Assembly: GCA_028534125.1 (NCBI GenBank)
Contig: CM052817.1
Coordinates: forward strand, 41,604,001 to 41,668,000
Direction: 5' to 3'
DNA from: Lama glama
Lineage: Eukaryota
DNA length: 64,000 bases
Shown here piece by piece: positions 38,161-51,799 of this stretch (positions are counted from its first letter, which is position 1; each line of letters starts with the position of its first letter). The translations under genes and the position numbers were made by a program. A model generated the notes under the pieces. It was given only the letters and a program-made list of their open reading frames with translations, was not told the DNA's origin and searched no databases.

Positions 38161-39339
38161 CCCAACAGGCTGCAGCCTCTTCTTTTCTATGTGTAATTTG
38201 TTTTTTCTGTCTAGAGGAAGATCCAGCCAAAGTTCACCAGCTCTCCCACCCCCAGCGATCATCTCCCTCATAGCACCCCCAAGGAGAAGGGATGAGTCCG
38301 GCTCCAGGATGTGTGTCTAGCAGAGGAGCTAGGGGCATGCAGTCTCTTTTCCTTGATCACACACTGAGAAAGACTGGGCCGAATAGATTAGCTAGTTTCC
38401 TCTTGGCTTTAGAAAGAAATTCTGGCTTGTTTTCTTGCCAACACTTTCTTGTTAGACTGGTAAACAAAGATTTATAGGAGAGGGCTTGGGTGAAAAGGAG
38501 ACACGAAGTTCCTCTCAATCTATTTCAAGTGTCTTGGGTCACTTAGGACAAAATCTAGTTCAGACCAAAAGGCATCCTTCATGTGATTTAGTTTAGTTCA
38601 TCACAGGATTTGGAACAAAAGCATCATTTTAAAAGAGGGTGCCCATTTGCCTCGATTATTATCTTAGCATCCTATTGGGGAAGGTTGTTCTCACACACAT
38701 TCTAGTTGTGTGGGGATCAAATACATATTTTTTGGATTTAGACTGAAATATAAGTGTAATATTACCTTAGATATAACTTACATGACCTGGCTTAATTTTG
38801 TAATATTTTAATTATTTACTTGGTTTCTAAAAATCTTGTTTAAGGGGTATATTGTGATAGAAATATCTGAACCTGTGTGGACTTGTCTGTTCATCTGGGC
38901 TACAGAACAGGACAGTAAGGGACTGTGTTGGAACATCACCTTGGGGTTTGTAAAATGCTATTTGCACAGGGACCTTTGTATGATCACTTTGAGCATTAAG
39001 AGCTTCAAGACCAGTGCTATAGAGATTATTTCCCTCTAGGCAGGAAGAGTTTGTGACCTTTATTGCCAGTGAGACCACAAAATTGAGGCTAACTGAACAG
39101 CCAGGCACCAATTAAGATGCTTACCTCAGCCAAAGATGATGCACTGACTCCAATGTCAGAGCAAAATGAGCATCGGTCAGCAGCTCAATTATTCAATGTG
39201 TGTTTATAAAGTGTTTACTGTTACTGTGTGCTAGGCGCACGATGACCAAGACACCACCTTTGTCCTTAATCTCCCTACGTTCTAATGTATTTGTACATAT
39301 TTATCCTTCTTGGAAACATTTAGTTGTCACGAGTGGCAG

Positions 39340-39510
39340 TTTGGGACAGTAGAAAGAGTCTAGACTGGGCAGGAGTGAAAACACCACGGTCTACTCACAG
39401 TTCTGCCACTAGTTAGCTTGCAGCCATAAATGAGCAACTTAAACTCTGTGACTCACTTTCCTCATGTGTAAAAGGAAAGTAACAGGAATGATTAGACATC
39501 TGAATCTAAA
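39340..39510 (+). mobile_element. MIR fragment
   Basis: cagtagaaagagtctagactggg...ttctgccactagttagc...cactttcctcatgtgtaaaa. Confidence 0.65.
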
Positions 39511-41734
39511 AATCTAAGAGGCAAAGACATTTTTTGAGGCTATTTTAGTTTAGTGTTTTCCAAAAATTCTGGAATAACTTGTGTGCTTAATAAATATTAA
39601 ATAAAAATAAGATCATCTTGATCCTCCTCTTCCTTTGCTCATAAGTCCAGAGGATCTTTAAAGAACTTAAAACTCTTATGTATCATTCTAGGGAAAAAAA
39701 AAATCAAAACAAACTCTGAGAATAAGCATTAGATAAAAAGAACGGCCCTTAATCCTAAACTCTCTGAAATTCAAAACATGCAGGATGTGGTTTAAGGGTA
39801 ATGTGCAAATACAAAATTATGATCTCAAGATTAAAAAAATAATAAATGTGTGTTTATCTTTGTTATCTGCCCATTTAAAATACTTTTTTTCTTAACTATG
39901 ATAATTATGCCAAAATAACCCAGTAGCATTTACCTTTAAGACAAAACACCAACTTGTCTACTTATATTGACGTCAATTTAAAATATCAAGTCATCTAAGC
40001 CCTTTCTGCCTGTATGATTTGTTTAGGCATTTTAAGCCCATCAAAATAGCAAACATTTTTTGCTAGACAGAGCCACAGAAATAGTTGATGCTATTTCTTA
40101 TTAATTAATGAAGATTAGAACATAACATACACCATCCAGCTCAAGTCATATATTTTGATTATAAGAAATATTAATTTGAATGTGGATCACTCCAATATGA
40201 AATGGCAAATTCATTGTTTTCATAAAAATATACTTATTAACACCAGCAAAGCAAATAGATTAATAGATGAGCTTTTTCAATTTTTCTGCGTTAAGCACCT
40301 AAAAACAATGTCTTTACATAATGACTTGCACAAAAATTAACTTATCTGCTACTCATGTGAGACAGTTTTGCAATCTGTAGAGTGAGTACAATCTCTAGAG
40401 TGGGGACAACAGTAACAGTTCAGATAAATTAGGTTTCAGCGTGGGCTTGTGTTTTCCTTGCTGGGACCTCGATCATTTCTTGGATTGTTTCTCAGGAACT
40501 TCAATTCAAGATCTCATAAGCCAGGAAGGCAAGTAAATCACTCTAGTGTGGCTCCATAAAGCAGAGCATGGGCCTTTATTACCTTTGAGGCACGTTCAGG
40601 GGATTGTTTAAATAGAAATTCCACAGAGAATGTCTTTTAAAAAACCATTTATCCCCTTGGAAATTCCTATCTGAGAACGTGATTTTAAGATGACAGTGAA
40701 CAAGAATTTGGTTTTTAATGAGGAATTTACCTTTTAAAGTGGATTATCTTCTTTCTATTTGTTTCATATACCCACAGTATAGCCTGGTGGTATATATAGG
40801 AAAGAAACTGCCATAGTGGCAATTTTGCAGGATGAAGAAATAGAGCAATGACCAAGATAACCCTGGGCTGCCTAGGGTTAGCCTGCTAGTGAAGCCTGAA
40901 GGAGTAGGATGAAGATCTCCGATTTTTTTTAATCCCTTAAAATTTTCATTAGATCACACTGCCTTTTTGTGCTTCTGCTGGCCCATGAATTCATCAGTAC
41001 AAGAGAGAATATTTCCTTTCCTTTGTATGATGCAAGGAAAATATGTGTTAAGCATTTTTGAGGACATTCTTTGCTATTCTAGAGAAAGACTTGTCATTTT
41101 CTCAGTAAATGCTACTGATGATGAGGATGGGGATGTGATACTGCTGACCAATTAACAAATGTACTTAATTACCTACAATGGGCAGAACAGTATAAGCATA
41201 AGAGGAATATGAAGAAACATAATGTGTAACATTTGCCACCATGCAGTTCACAACTAATTTGGAAGAAAATGCTTATCCATCTAAAAAGTAATGAATAATT
41301 CAAGGCAGCTCATGTGCATCAAATGAACAATATACCAAAGAAGCAGTTTAAATTTTCAGAAGAATCATATCACTGTGGGCTGGGATAATCAAGATAGGCT
41401 CATTGGAAGAGAGGAATATAAGTAGATTTTGATGAATTTGTGCATTTGAGACAGACAGAAGTGTCCACATACCTAAAAAAAATCAGCAGATGAGAGTCTG
41501 CTAATTTTCTCTAATGTTTAGGCAACACATGCAGTCAATATGCTAAAAATATGCTAAAAAGTCAATAACCTGGTTACAATGGAATTTAAAGAACCACAAA
41601 GAAAATTGTAGGTAAAATATTTGTGACCTCTAATCTTAGCTCTTTTTTCCCCTTTTATAAGTACTAGTAAAAACAATCTCTCCATCTCAGCTTGCTAATT
41701 AAAAAATAGTGTAATTCGTATCATTCACTTCAAT

Positions 41735-42786
41735 TTTACGCATGTATCTTTTTGAATTAGTGTTTTTGTTTTTTGTTTTGGATATATACCCAGGAGTAGA
41801 ATTCCTAGGTCATATGGTAGTTGTATTTTTAGTTTTTTTGAAGAACCTCCATACTGTTTTCCATAGTGACTGCACCAATTTACATTCCCACCAACAGTGT
41901 ACGAGGGTTCCCTTTTTCCGCATCTTCGCCAACATTTGCTATTTGTGTTCTTTTTGATGATGGCCATTCTGACAGGTGTGAGGTGATATCTCATTGTGGT
42001 TTTGATTTGCATTTCCATGATTAGAGATGAGCATCTTTCCATGTGCCTGTTGGCCATCTGCATTTCCTCTTTGGAAAAACGTCTATTTAGTTCTTCTGCC
42101 ATTTTAAAGATCAAATTGTTTGTTTTTTTGATGTTGAGTTGTATGAGCTGTTTATATAGGTTGTATATTAACCCCTTATTGGTCATATCACTTGCAAATA
42201 TTTTCTCCCATTCAGTAGGTTGTTATTTCTTTTTGCTGATGGTTTCCTTTGCTGGACAAAAGCTTTTAACTTTAATTAGGTCTCATTTGTTTATTTTTGC
42301 TTTTATTTCCTTTGTTTTAGGAGATAGATCCAAAACATATTGCTATGAGTTATGTCAATTAATGTTCTGCCTATGTTTTCCTCTAGGAGTTTTATGGTTT
42401 CTGGTCTTACATTTAGGTCTTTAGTCCATTTTGAGTTTATTTTTGTATTTAATGTTAGAGAATATTCTAATTTCATTCTTTTACATATATCAGTCCAGTT
42501 TTCCCAGTACCACTTACTGAAGAGACTGCCTTTTCTCCATTGTATATTCTTGCCTCCTTCTGTAGATTAACTGACCATAAATGCATAGGTTTATTTCTGG
42601 GCTTTCTATTCTCTTTCATTGACCTATGTGTTTATTTTTGTTTATACTGTTTTGGTTGTACTGCAGCTTTGTAGTATAGTTTAAAGTAAGGGTGTGTGAT
42701 TCCTCCACCTTTGTTCTTCCTCAAGATTTTTTCTCTACTTGGGGTCTTTTGTGTTTCCATACAAATTTTGTAATTATTTGTTCTAG
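41735..42786 (-). mobile_element. L1 ORF2 3' segment (non-inverted part of a twin-primed L1)
   Basis: ORF 41725-42186 translates to [21 protein letters not shown]...QKDTC. The segment begins at LEQII (ctagaacaaataatt on the minus strand). Confidence 0.95.
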
Positions 42787-43877
42787 ATGCAAAAATCCTC
42801 AACAACATTAGCAAACTGAATCTAAAAATATATTGAAAGGATCATGCACCATAATCAAGTGGGATTTACCCCAGGGATACAAGGATTTTTCAATATCTAC
42901 AAATCAATCAATATGATACACCACATCAACAAATTGGAGAATAAAAGTCATGATCATTTTAATAAATGCAGAAAATGATTTTGACAAAATTCATCATTCA
43001 TTTATGATAAAAATTCTCTAGAAAGTGGGCTTAGAGGGAACACACCTCAACATAATAAAGGCCATATATGACAAACCCACAGGTAACATCATACTCAATG
43101 GTGAAAAGCAGAAAGCATTTCCTCTAAGTTCAAGGATGCTCATTCTTGCCACTTTTATTCAACATAGTTTTGGAAGTCCTAGCCACAGCAATCAGAGAAG
43201 AAAAAGAAATAAAATGGATCCAAATTGGAAAGAAAGAAGTAAAACTGTCACTGTCTGCAGATGATATGATATTATACATAGAAAATCCTAAAGATGCCAC
43301 CAGAAAACTACTAGAGATTATGAAAGAATTTGGTAAAGTTACAGGATACAAAATTGGTATACAGAAATAGATAAACAAGATTATACAGTATAGCACAGGG
43401 AAATATATACAAGATCTTGTGGTAGCTCATAGTGAAAAAAATGTGACAATGAATATATGTATGTTCAGGAATAACTGAAAAATTGTGCTCTACACTGGAA
43501 TTTGACACATTGTAAAATTTGACACATTGACTATAACTCAATTAAAAAATCTTAAAAAAAATAAAAAAGAAATCTATTGCATTTCTACATGCTAAAAACA
43601 AACTATCAGAAAGAGAAATTAAGGAAACAATCCCATTTACCATCACATCAAAAAGAATAAAATACCTAAGAATAAACCTGCCAAGGAGGCAAAAGACCTG
43701 TACTCAGAAAACTGTAAGACACTGATAAAAGAAATTAAAGATGATGCAAACAGAAGGGAAGATATTCTGTATTCTTGGATTGGAAGAATATTGTTAAAAT
43801 GACCATACTACCAAAAGCAATCTACAGATTAAATGCAATCCCTATCAAGATAACAGTGGCATTTTCCATTGAACTAG
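42786..43877 (+). mobile_element. L1 ORF2 RT segment (inverted part of the same L1)
   Basis: DAKIL..., [22 protein letters not shown]...[32 protein letters not shown]. Frameshifts present. Confidence 0.95.
43369..43567 (+). mobile_element. Younger L1 3' UTR nested inside the inverted L1
   Basis: agataaacaagattatacagtatagcacagggaaatat...ctataactcaattaaaaaa interrupts the host L1 between ...tacagaaat and ctattgcatttc, with agaaat duplicated. Confidence 0.85.
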
Positions 43878-46039
43878 TGAAAATTCTTTGTCATAACATT
43901 CAAAGCTTCCAAAACACTTTGGCCTCACATAAAGCATCAGTTATTGTAGCACTGGTGACAACATAATGATACTAGCAACCATTAGGGCTTATTTGATGCC
44001 TGGTACTCTCTCAAGGGCCTTGCGGTCTCAAATAATCCTCATAGCAACCCATGAATAGGCAGGCACTTTGCAGATGAGGAGACTATGGCCTTTCTTGCAT
44101 ATTTGGCCCCTGATCACTTCAGAACAACTCTCACTCACTCGGCATCGTCCAGTGTCTTTAAACACAAGTGACTCTTAGAAATACTCACTAGTTCATCCAT
44201 TTAGAAAATATTTATTGAGTGGTAGGTAATGTGAATGAACTGGGAATATACATCACTTTGAGGAAAAACAGAGAAAGCAAAAACCAGAAAACCAAAAAAC
44301 TGAGCATTCTGCTTTTTTAGATGCACACACAGTTAGCAAACAGCAACTATATCCTACCTGAAATGACTAAAAGAGCTTTACCTTTTCCCCCTCTTCCTGT
44401 GAACTTGCAGACTTATCACTTCTATCTACTCTCTAATATACCACTAATTTGGGATGTTCTCTACCAGCTTCCATTTCTTACTCTTCTCTGTGCCAAAAAT
44501 TAATCCCTGGATGTCACTGAGAAGGTTAATATGGAGTTGCCCTGTGTATCATTGTAGGAATAACGTTAATGCTAAAGAGACCAAATGTTATTTCGCATCT
44601 ACAAAGGAGGCATTTACCTTCATTAGACTATGCTTACTTTGGTAAACAGTTTTCCATGCAGGGTAGGTACTGTTTGCTTGCGTTTGAAATTATTTATTCA
44701 TTAAAATATCTCCAATAACCAAGCAGTCATAATATTGGGGGGAGAATCAGAATGGATGTATGAAATATAGAGAAAAATCCTTGAAAATACTTTTGATCAA
44801 TAATGTCAAGCTTATTGGAACCATCAAGTGGTGAAAAAATTGTCTCATTTATGTTTTGTCTCTTCTCCTTCCCTCCTGATTTCATAAAAGCATCTGCCTC
44901 ACACATTATGTGGCACATAGTAGGTCTAGTACATGGTATTTCTCTCCCTTCACAGAACTGTTGAGAATGCTATAACTGAATAATGAAGCATGTAGCTGGG
45001 GAGGCAAGCGGGATGAGTATTAGGAAGGTCTCATGGGTTCTCAGTTCTCAAATAAGCAAGTGTGGATTTTAATTATCAATATTCAATATATTTTTCAGGT
45101 TCAAGAACATTAATATATTTGTCTTCACTAGAACACTGAAATTAAAATGATAGTACTTCATAAAATAGGTTTATGAGCTTATAAACTGTGCGTTTTATTA
45201 TCTGAAATATTTGACCTACTTTTGGTTACTATGTTCAGTAAACACTGCAAAATCTGTTTGCATAATCACATACTGATTGAGTAAAGTAAAATATAATTAA
45301 AATATATGGCTAAGAAAATATAATTACTATAAACTTTTAAAAGTTAAAGTATAGTACTCTTTTCTAGTTATTTCACATTTAGACTCTTTTATAATACTTG
45401 GATTTAGAAGATTAAAAAAAGCAAAATAAATCAAAAGTAAAAGAGAAACACCTGATTTTTCTGAGTACACATTTTTGTTTTAAACTAGATATCCCTAAAT
45501 GGTAACAATCATGTCAAAGTTCTTGAAATTTTTTGATGTATTATCTTGCTTCTAATGTAAATGTAAAGTGAAAATTTCTATACTAGAAACTGATAAAAAC
45601 ATTTACTTAATCATTAACAGATATTTCTGTAATAGAATAACATATTCTCTAAGTGGGACTTCAGCTTTTGTGATAACAAACTATGGCCTTGGGAATGAAT
45701 TAAAAAGCATTTTATTGTTTACTTAAACAGTCAAGATTAAAATAAACAATCTTAAATCTTTGCATTTTAAATTAAAGCTACATTAAGGAAAAATCAGAAC
45801 TTTAAAATTTAGTATTTTTGAAAATTGTATAAACATTTTTTGTGACTAGCTGCTACAATCTTCATCACTTTTTTTAAAAACCAAATTATCAATGACGTTA
45901 TCTTTGGTGAGTACTTGCCTTGCTTTCCTTTATTTACCAATGTGCTTTCAAGTTATTTTAGCCAACAATGTACATGTACCATTTCAAGTAAAGGCTATAA
46001 TTTCCAATGAGATGTAATAGAAAGTAGTAAAATAAGACT

Positions 46040-46173
46040 TAATTTAGAATTTAAGAATTCCCTTGGGGTATAATTCCTGCCTTTGGGAGTTGGCACCATC
46101 ATAGACCATAATATGGATGACGCCCCCTGGAGTTGTGCTGTGCACATTCTGAATCACTGTTCATGACCACCCT
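46040..46173. mobile_element. MER91-like hAT-Tip100 fragment
   Basis: gccccctggagttgtgctgtgcacattctgaatcactgttcatgaccaccct resembles the MER91 terminus. Confidence 0.55.
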
Positions 46174-46689
46174 AACTAACAGAACATGGGAGGCCAGCTA
46201 CTGGGGAGACTCAAAAGTTCACGAGCATTATTAAACAACCAATATGTTGGAGCATAAGAGGAGTAAAAATCCATTCATATTGCACTCATTGTTCTGACAC
46301 AGGAAAACAAATCTGAAAATGTTTTCTGTGAAAACTTTATTTGGAAACAGCTCCCATAAACTTGCTTTGGCCTAGATTTATTATGAATGGGCACAGTACA
46401 GTTCTGATATGCAAAATTATTTGGAACACCATTATCGAGCACCAGTCCTTGCTGATTCAAGGATTTGTGTTCTCTCTTTCGTACAATAGGAACCAATTCA
46501 GGAATGATGGGAAATGAAATATTATATTTTTAAACAGTTTAAGAAAAAGGAACATAAATTTATTAGATGCTAAAATGGTATGTCTTCAGTATACACTTAT
46601 CAGCATTACACATTTGGAAGATTAATAGTATAGCTTTTATTATTAATAAATACCTCTATAATACGAATGCAGATAAATACCACACATAA

Positions 46690-47002
46690 CTGAGAAGCCA
46701 ATTAAAATGCAGTTTCTGGAACACACTCCCAAAGATTCTATTTAGAAGCACGGGAAGGGACCTAGAATTTGTATGTTTAATAAGTACTCCCGAATTCCTA
46801 ATGCCAACACTCTAGCTCTCCCACTTTGAAAAACACTGCCATAAACTATATACAATGGTGGCTCTCAGCACGGGCATCTCTGAGTTTTAGAGAAATACAG
46901 CTACCTCTCCATATATTTATTCCATGGGGTGAAGTCCAGACATGCCTTGACTTAAAAAATTCTAAGAGTGTTTCTGACATGTAGCTAGACTGAGAAACAC
47001 TG
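46690..47002. mobile_element. Two adjacent MER5-type MITEs
   Basis: aaaatgcagtttctgg...cactttgaaaaacactg (to 46838), then caatggtggctctca...ctgagaaacactg (46853-47002). Confidence 0.6.
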
Positions 47003-47249
47003 GGGTGAATAGAACTAACTTCATTTGCTGTTTATTATTAAATGCTTTTAATATTTGACCTATTTAACTTAAGATAAACAGTAAAACTTCTTTTGATATT
47101 TAGATCATGAAACCAATAAATAATACATAATGTCCATTTCCATTAGGGTGTTTAAAAATATTCATTATCTTGATCTCCTTCCCTAACACATCCTCTCCCA
47201 TTATTCTTCAGTAAATGGCTATACCACCAACCCAGCCGAAGACAGACTA

Positions 47250-47475
47250 TCTAGATAGTGGTTATGAGCATGAGTTTGGGAGTGAATAGTCCTTGATTGC
47301 AGCCCTACTGCTATTTTCAATCTGTGCAACACTGGATGTTAGCCAGAATTTCTAAAATAGTAAATACCTCGCAGATTATTGTGAGAATTAAATGAGATGG
47401 CTTATGTAAAGTGCTTAATGCAATGCCTGGGTCATGATGAGCTTTTTTTTTTTTTAAAGTCAGCTGTTATTAGTA
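47250..47475 (+). mobile_element. MIR within L2-derived sequence
   Basis: tagtggttatgagcatgagtttgggagt...attgtgagaattaaatgagatggcttatgtaaagtgctta. Confidence 0.75.
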
Positions 47476-48039
47476 TCCTTCTTAGCTCCTTGTTCTTCTC
47501 AGAGTCACCAATTTCTGATTCTTTCACTTTTTAATTAGCTTGAGTATTGTCCATTTGTATCCATTCTTGTTGCAACTACCCTATTCCATGCAGTATCATC
47601 TCTTACCTGGATGACTACCATAGTTTCCAGCCATACTGAACACTTTTTATTCCTGGATTGTGCTAGACTTTTCTTTTGCTTCTGGGCCTAACTACACATA
47701 TTTCCTCTGCCTAAAACACATCTCTCCTCATCTTATCTTCCGTCCTTTGGAATGTTATCCTTCCTTTTGACTAGGCTTGATCACTTTTCTATATATTTGT
47801 CCTTTCCATAATACACATGATATTTTATTGTGATTATGTAATCATGTGAGTGCTTTTCATGCTGGGATGTGGGAGTCTGGATGGTCTTCACATGCCTTAT
47901 TTGACAACTGGAAATCTAACATTTAAAAAAATTTGATGACAATCTATAAAAATAAAATAAGGATGTTCTGGAATAGCTGGATGACTATGCATTTTAGTGT
48001 CTGTATTTATTTTCAATTTTTTAAATTGTTATTTTCTGT

Positions 48040-49675
48040 TTGTTTTTTTTGATAGTAGCCATCCTTATGGGTGTGAGATGGTATCTCACTGCGGTCTTGA
48101 TTTGCAGTTCCCTAATTTAATGATGTTGAGCATTTTTTTCATGTGCTTATTGGTCATTTGTATATCTTCTTTGGAGAAATGTCTATTCAAGTCTTTTGCT
48201 GATTTTTGAATCTGGTTTTTGTTTATTGTTGTTAAATTTTAGGAGCTCTCTATATATTCTGGTTATTAATCCCTTATCAAATATGTGAATTGCAAATAAT
48301 TTCTCTCATTCTATAGATTGCCTTTTTAATTCTGTTGATAGAATTTTTTGATAAACAAAATTTAAAATTTTTTATGAAATCCAATTTGGCTGTTTTTTTT
48401 CTTTTGTTGTCTGTGCCTTTAGTGTCATATCCAAAAAATCATTGCTAGATCTAATGTCATAGGGCTTTTGTCCTAAGTTTTCTTCTGAGAGTTTTATAGT
48501 TTCAGCTCTTACATTGAGGTCTTTAATCCATTTTGAGTTAATTTTTGTATATGGTGGTAAGTAAGGGTCTAATTTCATTCTTTTGCATGTGGATATCCAG
48601 TTTCATCAGTACCATTTATTGAAAATTGTCCTTTTCCCCACTGAATGGTCTTGGCATCCTTGTTGAAAATCATTTGACTTAATATATGAAGGGTTATTTC
48701 TGGGCTCTCTGTTCTATTCCATTGGTTAGTCTGTCTTTGTATTACACTGTTTGATTATTATAGCTTTATAGTAAGTTTTGAAATCAGAGAGTTTTCCAAC
48801 ATCATTCTTTTTTAAGATTGTTTTGGCTATTTGAGGACCCTCAGATTCCATATGAATTTTAGGATGGATTTTTCTATTTCTTTAAAAAACTTCATTGGGA
48901 TTTTTATGGGGATTGCATAAAATCAGTAGATCACTTGTGGTAGTATGGATGTTTTAACAATATTAAATCTTCTAATCCATGAACATGGAATGTGTTTCTA
49001 TTTATTTATGTCTTCTTTAGCTTCTTTCAGCAATGTTTTATAGTTTCCAGTGTACAATTTTTCACCTCTTTAAGTTAATTTCAAAGTATTTTATTCTTTG
49101 TGATGGTATTGTAAATGAAATTGTTTTCTTAACTTCCTTTTCAGATTGTATATAGAATTATTATTAGTATATAGAAATGTGATTGGGTTTTGTGGTTGAC
49201 TTTGTATCTGATCTTTTGCTAAATTTATTTATTAGTTATAAGAGTTTTTGTGGAATCTTTAGGGTTTTCTACATACAAGATCGTATCATTTGTGATCAGG
49301 GATAATTTTACTTCTTCCTTTCCAATATAGGTGCCTTTTATTTCTTTTTCTTGCCTAATTGTTTTCGGTAGGATTTGTAATACTATGCTGAATAGGAGTG
49401 GTAAGAGTGGGCACTCTTATTTTTTTCCTATTATTAGAGGAAAAGCTTCCAGCCTTTCACCATTGAGTGTGATGTCTACTGTGGGTCTGTTATATATGGC
49501 TTTTATTATGTTGAGGTTGTTTCCATATACTCTTAGCTTGAGTGTTTTTATAATAAAAGAATGTTGACTTTTGTCAAATGCTTTTTCTGCATCAATCAAG
49601 ATGATCATGTAGTATTTTTTTTTCCCTCCATTCTGTTAGTGTGGTGTATCACATTAACCAATTTTCATATGGTGA
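48040..49675 (-). mobile_element. L1M (L1MA/MB-age) ORF2 fragment
   Basis: MIILIDAEKAFDK...[12 protein letters not shown] and [24 protein letters not shown]. Many stops and frameshifts. Confidence 0.95.
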
Positions 49676-50039
49676 ATTACCCTTACTGAGAACTTTATTT
49701 CTTCACATGGCTCCAAATCACTGTCTAGTAACTTGCAGAATGGCTAAGCATTTGTTGCAGGGCAGGTCTACTGGTAATGAACTTCCTCAGCTTTGCTTAT
49801 CTGGGAATGTTTTAATTTTGCATTCGTGTTTATGATGTGGCTTCAAATAAATACTGAATAAGTCATGATATGATACATCAATTAAAGCTTCATGGAAATG
49901 AAAATGAAAGTGATTTACCCTTGACATTTTATTATGAAAATTTACAAACATGCATAAATGGTAAAATAATTATATAGTGAACCCTAATACACTTGGTGTC
50001 TAGAGCCTATAATTAACATTTTTGCAAATGACTCTATTC

Positions 50040-50290
50040 AAATATTAATTCTATAACTTCTTAGCTGGGTGGGTAACCATGGGCAAGTTACTTAACCTCT
50101 TTGAACTTCAGTTTCCTTACCTAGAAAAGGGAGATAATGGTAACACTTACTTTATGCATTGCTGCAATGCTTATATGTTATAATCTATGCAGCTTACTTT
50201 AACCTGCTACCAGGCATAAAACAGATATATGCAGTCAGTGTAACCTATAGTAATTAGTATTTGTTGAACAAATGAATGAATGAGTAAACA
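50040..50290 (+). mobile_element. MIR followed by an L2 3' end
   Basis: MIR core gggcaagttacttaacctctttgaacttcagtttcctt...aaaagggagataat. tatttgttgaacaaatgaatgaatga is an L2 tail. Confidence 0.8.
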
Positions 50291-51799
50291 AAGGCATAAT
50301 ACATTTCTTGAATTTTCTAAAGGAACTTTAATACCTGTATTTCAGCTGCTGGATTTATAAAAGTGGTGTCTCTAAGAATAAGCATTCTGAAGAATATGAA
50401 CATGGAAATTTTTTCTTAAAAGCTGAAACAACATACCTATATAAGGATTGTACCAGCCCAGTTATTTACTATTTAAATTGTTCCTGGTTACATGCAATGA
50501 AAGAAGTCTAGTATATCCCTTGGATTTCTTTAGTAAAAACAATAAGACAATATGGAGCAATTGCTATAGTCTCTGATTTATTAATATATAGCAGTGACTG
50601 CTGGCTATACTGAGTTTCAGTTGTCTGTTGCAGCAAAGAGGAGAGGTATGGGAAGCAGGAAATAGAAGGGCCCTGGAACAATCTTGCCAACACAAACTAA
50701 GACTAAGCCTCTTGCTCTCTCCAGGTTTCATTCCTGTCCCTGAGGAGTCCAAGGGCATGTGTTTAGGGTTAGGGCAAGGAAGGAGGTGCTAAGTAGGTCC
50801 AGGTGGAATTTTTTAAGGCAAACTGGCTTTTCTCCAGCTTCAGGTTTTGCTCACATACTTTCTACAGCTGCATTGCTGCTTAAACCACAGCTGGTGTGTT
50901 CTCTCCTGTCCAAGAATGGTTTGGACTATTCCTGAGATTGATGTAAGTGATTTTAAAGACCATCAGAAAGATGCACGTTGTTAATGAGAAAAAAATGAGA
51001 CAAAACCAAAAGATTTCAAGTTGTTAAAGTCCCTAAACAATTTCAGAGATAGGACTCAATTTTTTTAGTCATTTTTTTGACAGATTACTGTATCATTGAT
51101 GAATACAGAGGGAAGACATGTACAAGACAGGATGAACTATATTGTAGAAAGAGCATTCTGCATACTGCATTAGAGGTTTGAAATCTAGCTTCCATGCTAA
51201 CTCTGTTCCTCTTCTTATGTGGCCCTTGATTATGTTATGATACATTTGTGGGTTCAGTATTTTTCTATTCTTATGCCCTCTCATAAATCTTCTCCAGTTC
51301 AAAAATATTATAAGTGAATCGAACCTTAGGTTTTTGAAGCCACCCAGTTATAAAAATCAGCTTTCCTTTATTTCTCCTGTCATGAATAAGCATTAATCAA
51401 AAACACTGAGTGTACTAAATATTTAAAATACCAAACAGGCTCCTTGAAGATGTTAATTATTGTGTTTAAATATATTTGAAATAAGTTTCTTTCATAACAC
51501 GATGAATGTTATTACATATATTCCTACTGATTCATTACCAACAAATCATATTTTCTGAATTATTTAGAAAAGTATTTCAAACTTGAATTCATGGAAGGAA
51601 AAAAGACCTTTATTGTCAATTCCAAGAAACCCAGTTCTGAAAAGTTTTCAAATGTTAGTGAAGGCTTTTCAGGTTACTTGAATGCACCTGCTTGATCAGA
51701 CCTTCAACAAAGTATTTTCCTTGGCAAATATGTAATTTATGAATAAATAAGAAGTTGGATCCTGAGAAAGTGGAATAATAAGTTCCATGCCTTAAAGTC

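Noticed and set aside
41725..43966. Cluster of ORFs on both strands
   Set aside because: All are L1 ORF2 pieces or their antisense frames.
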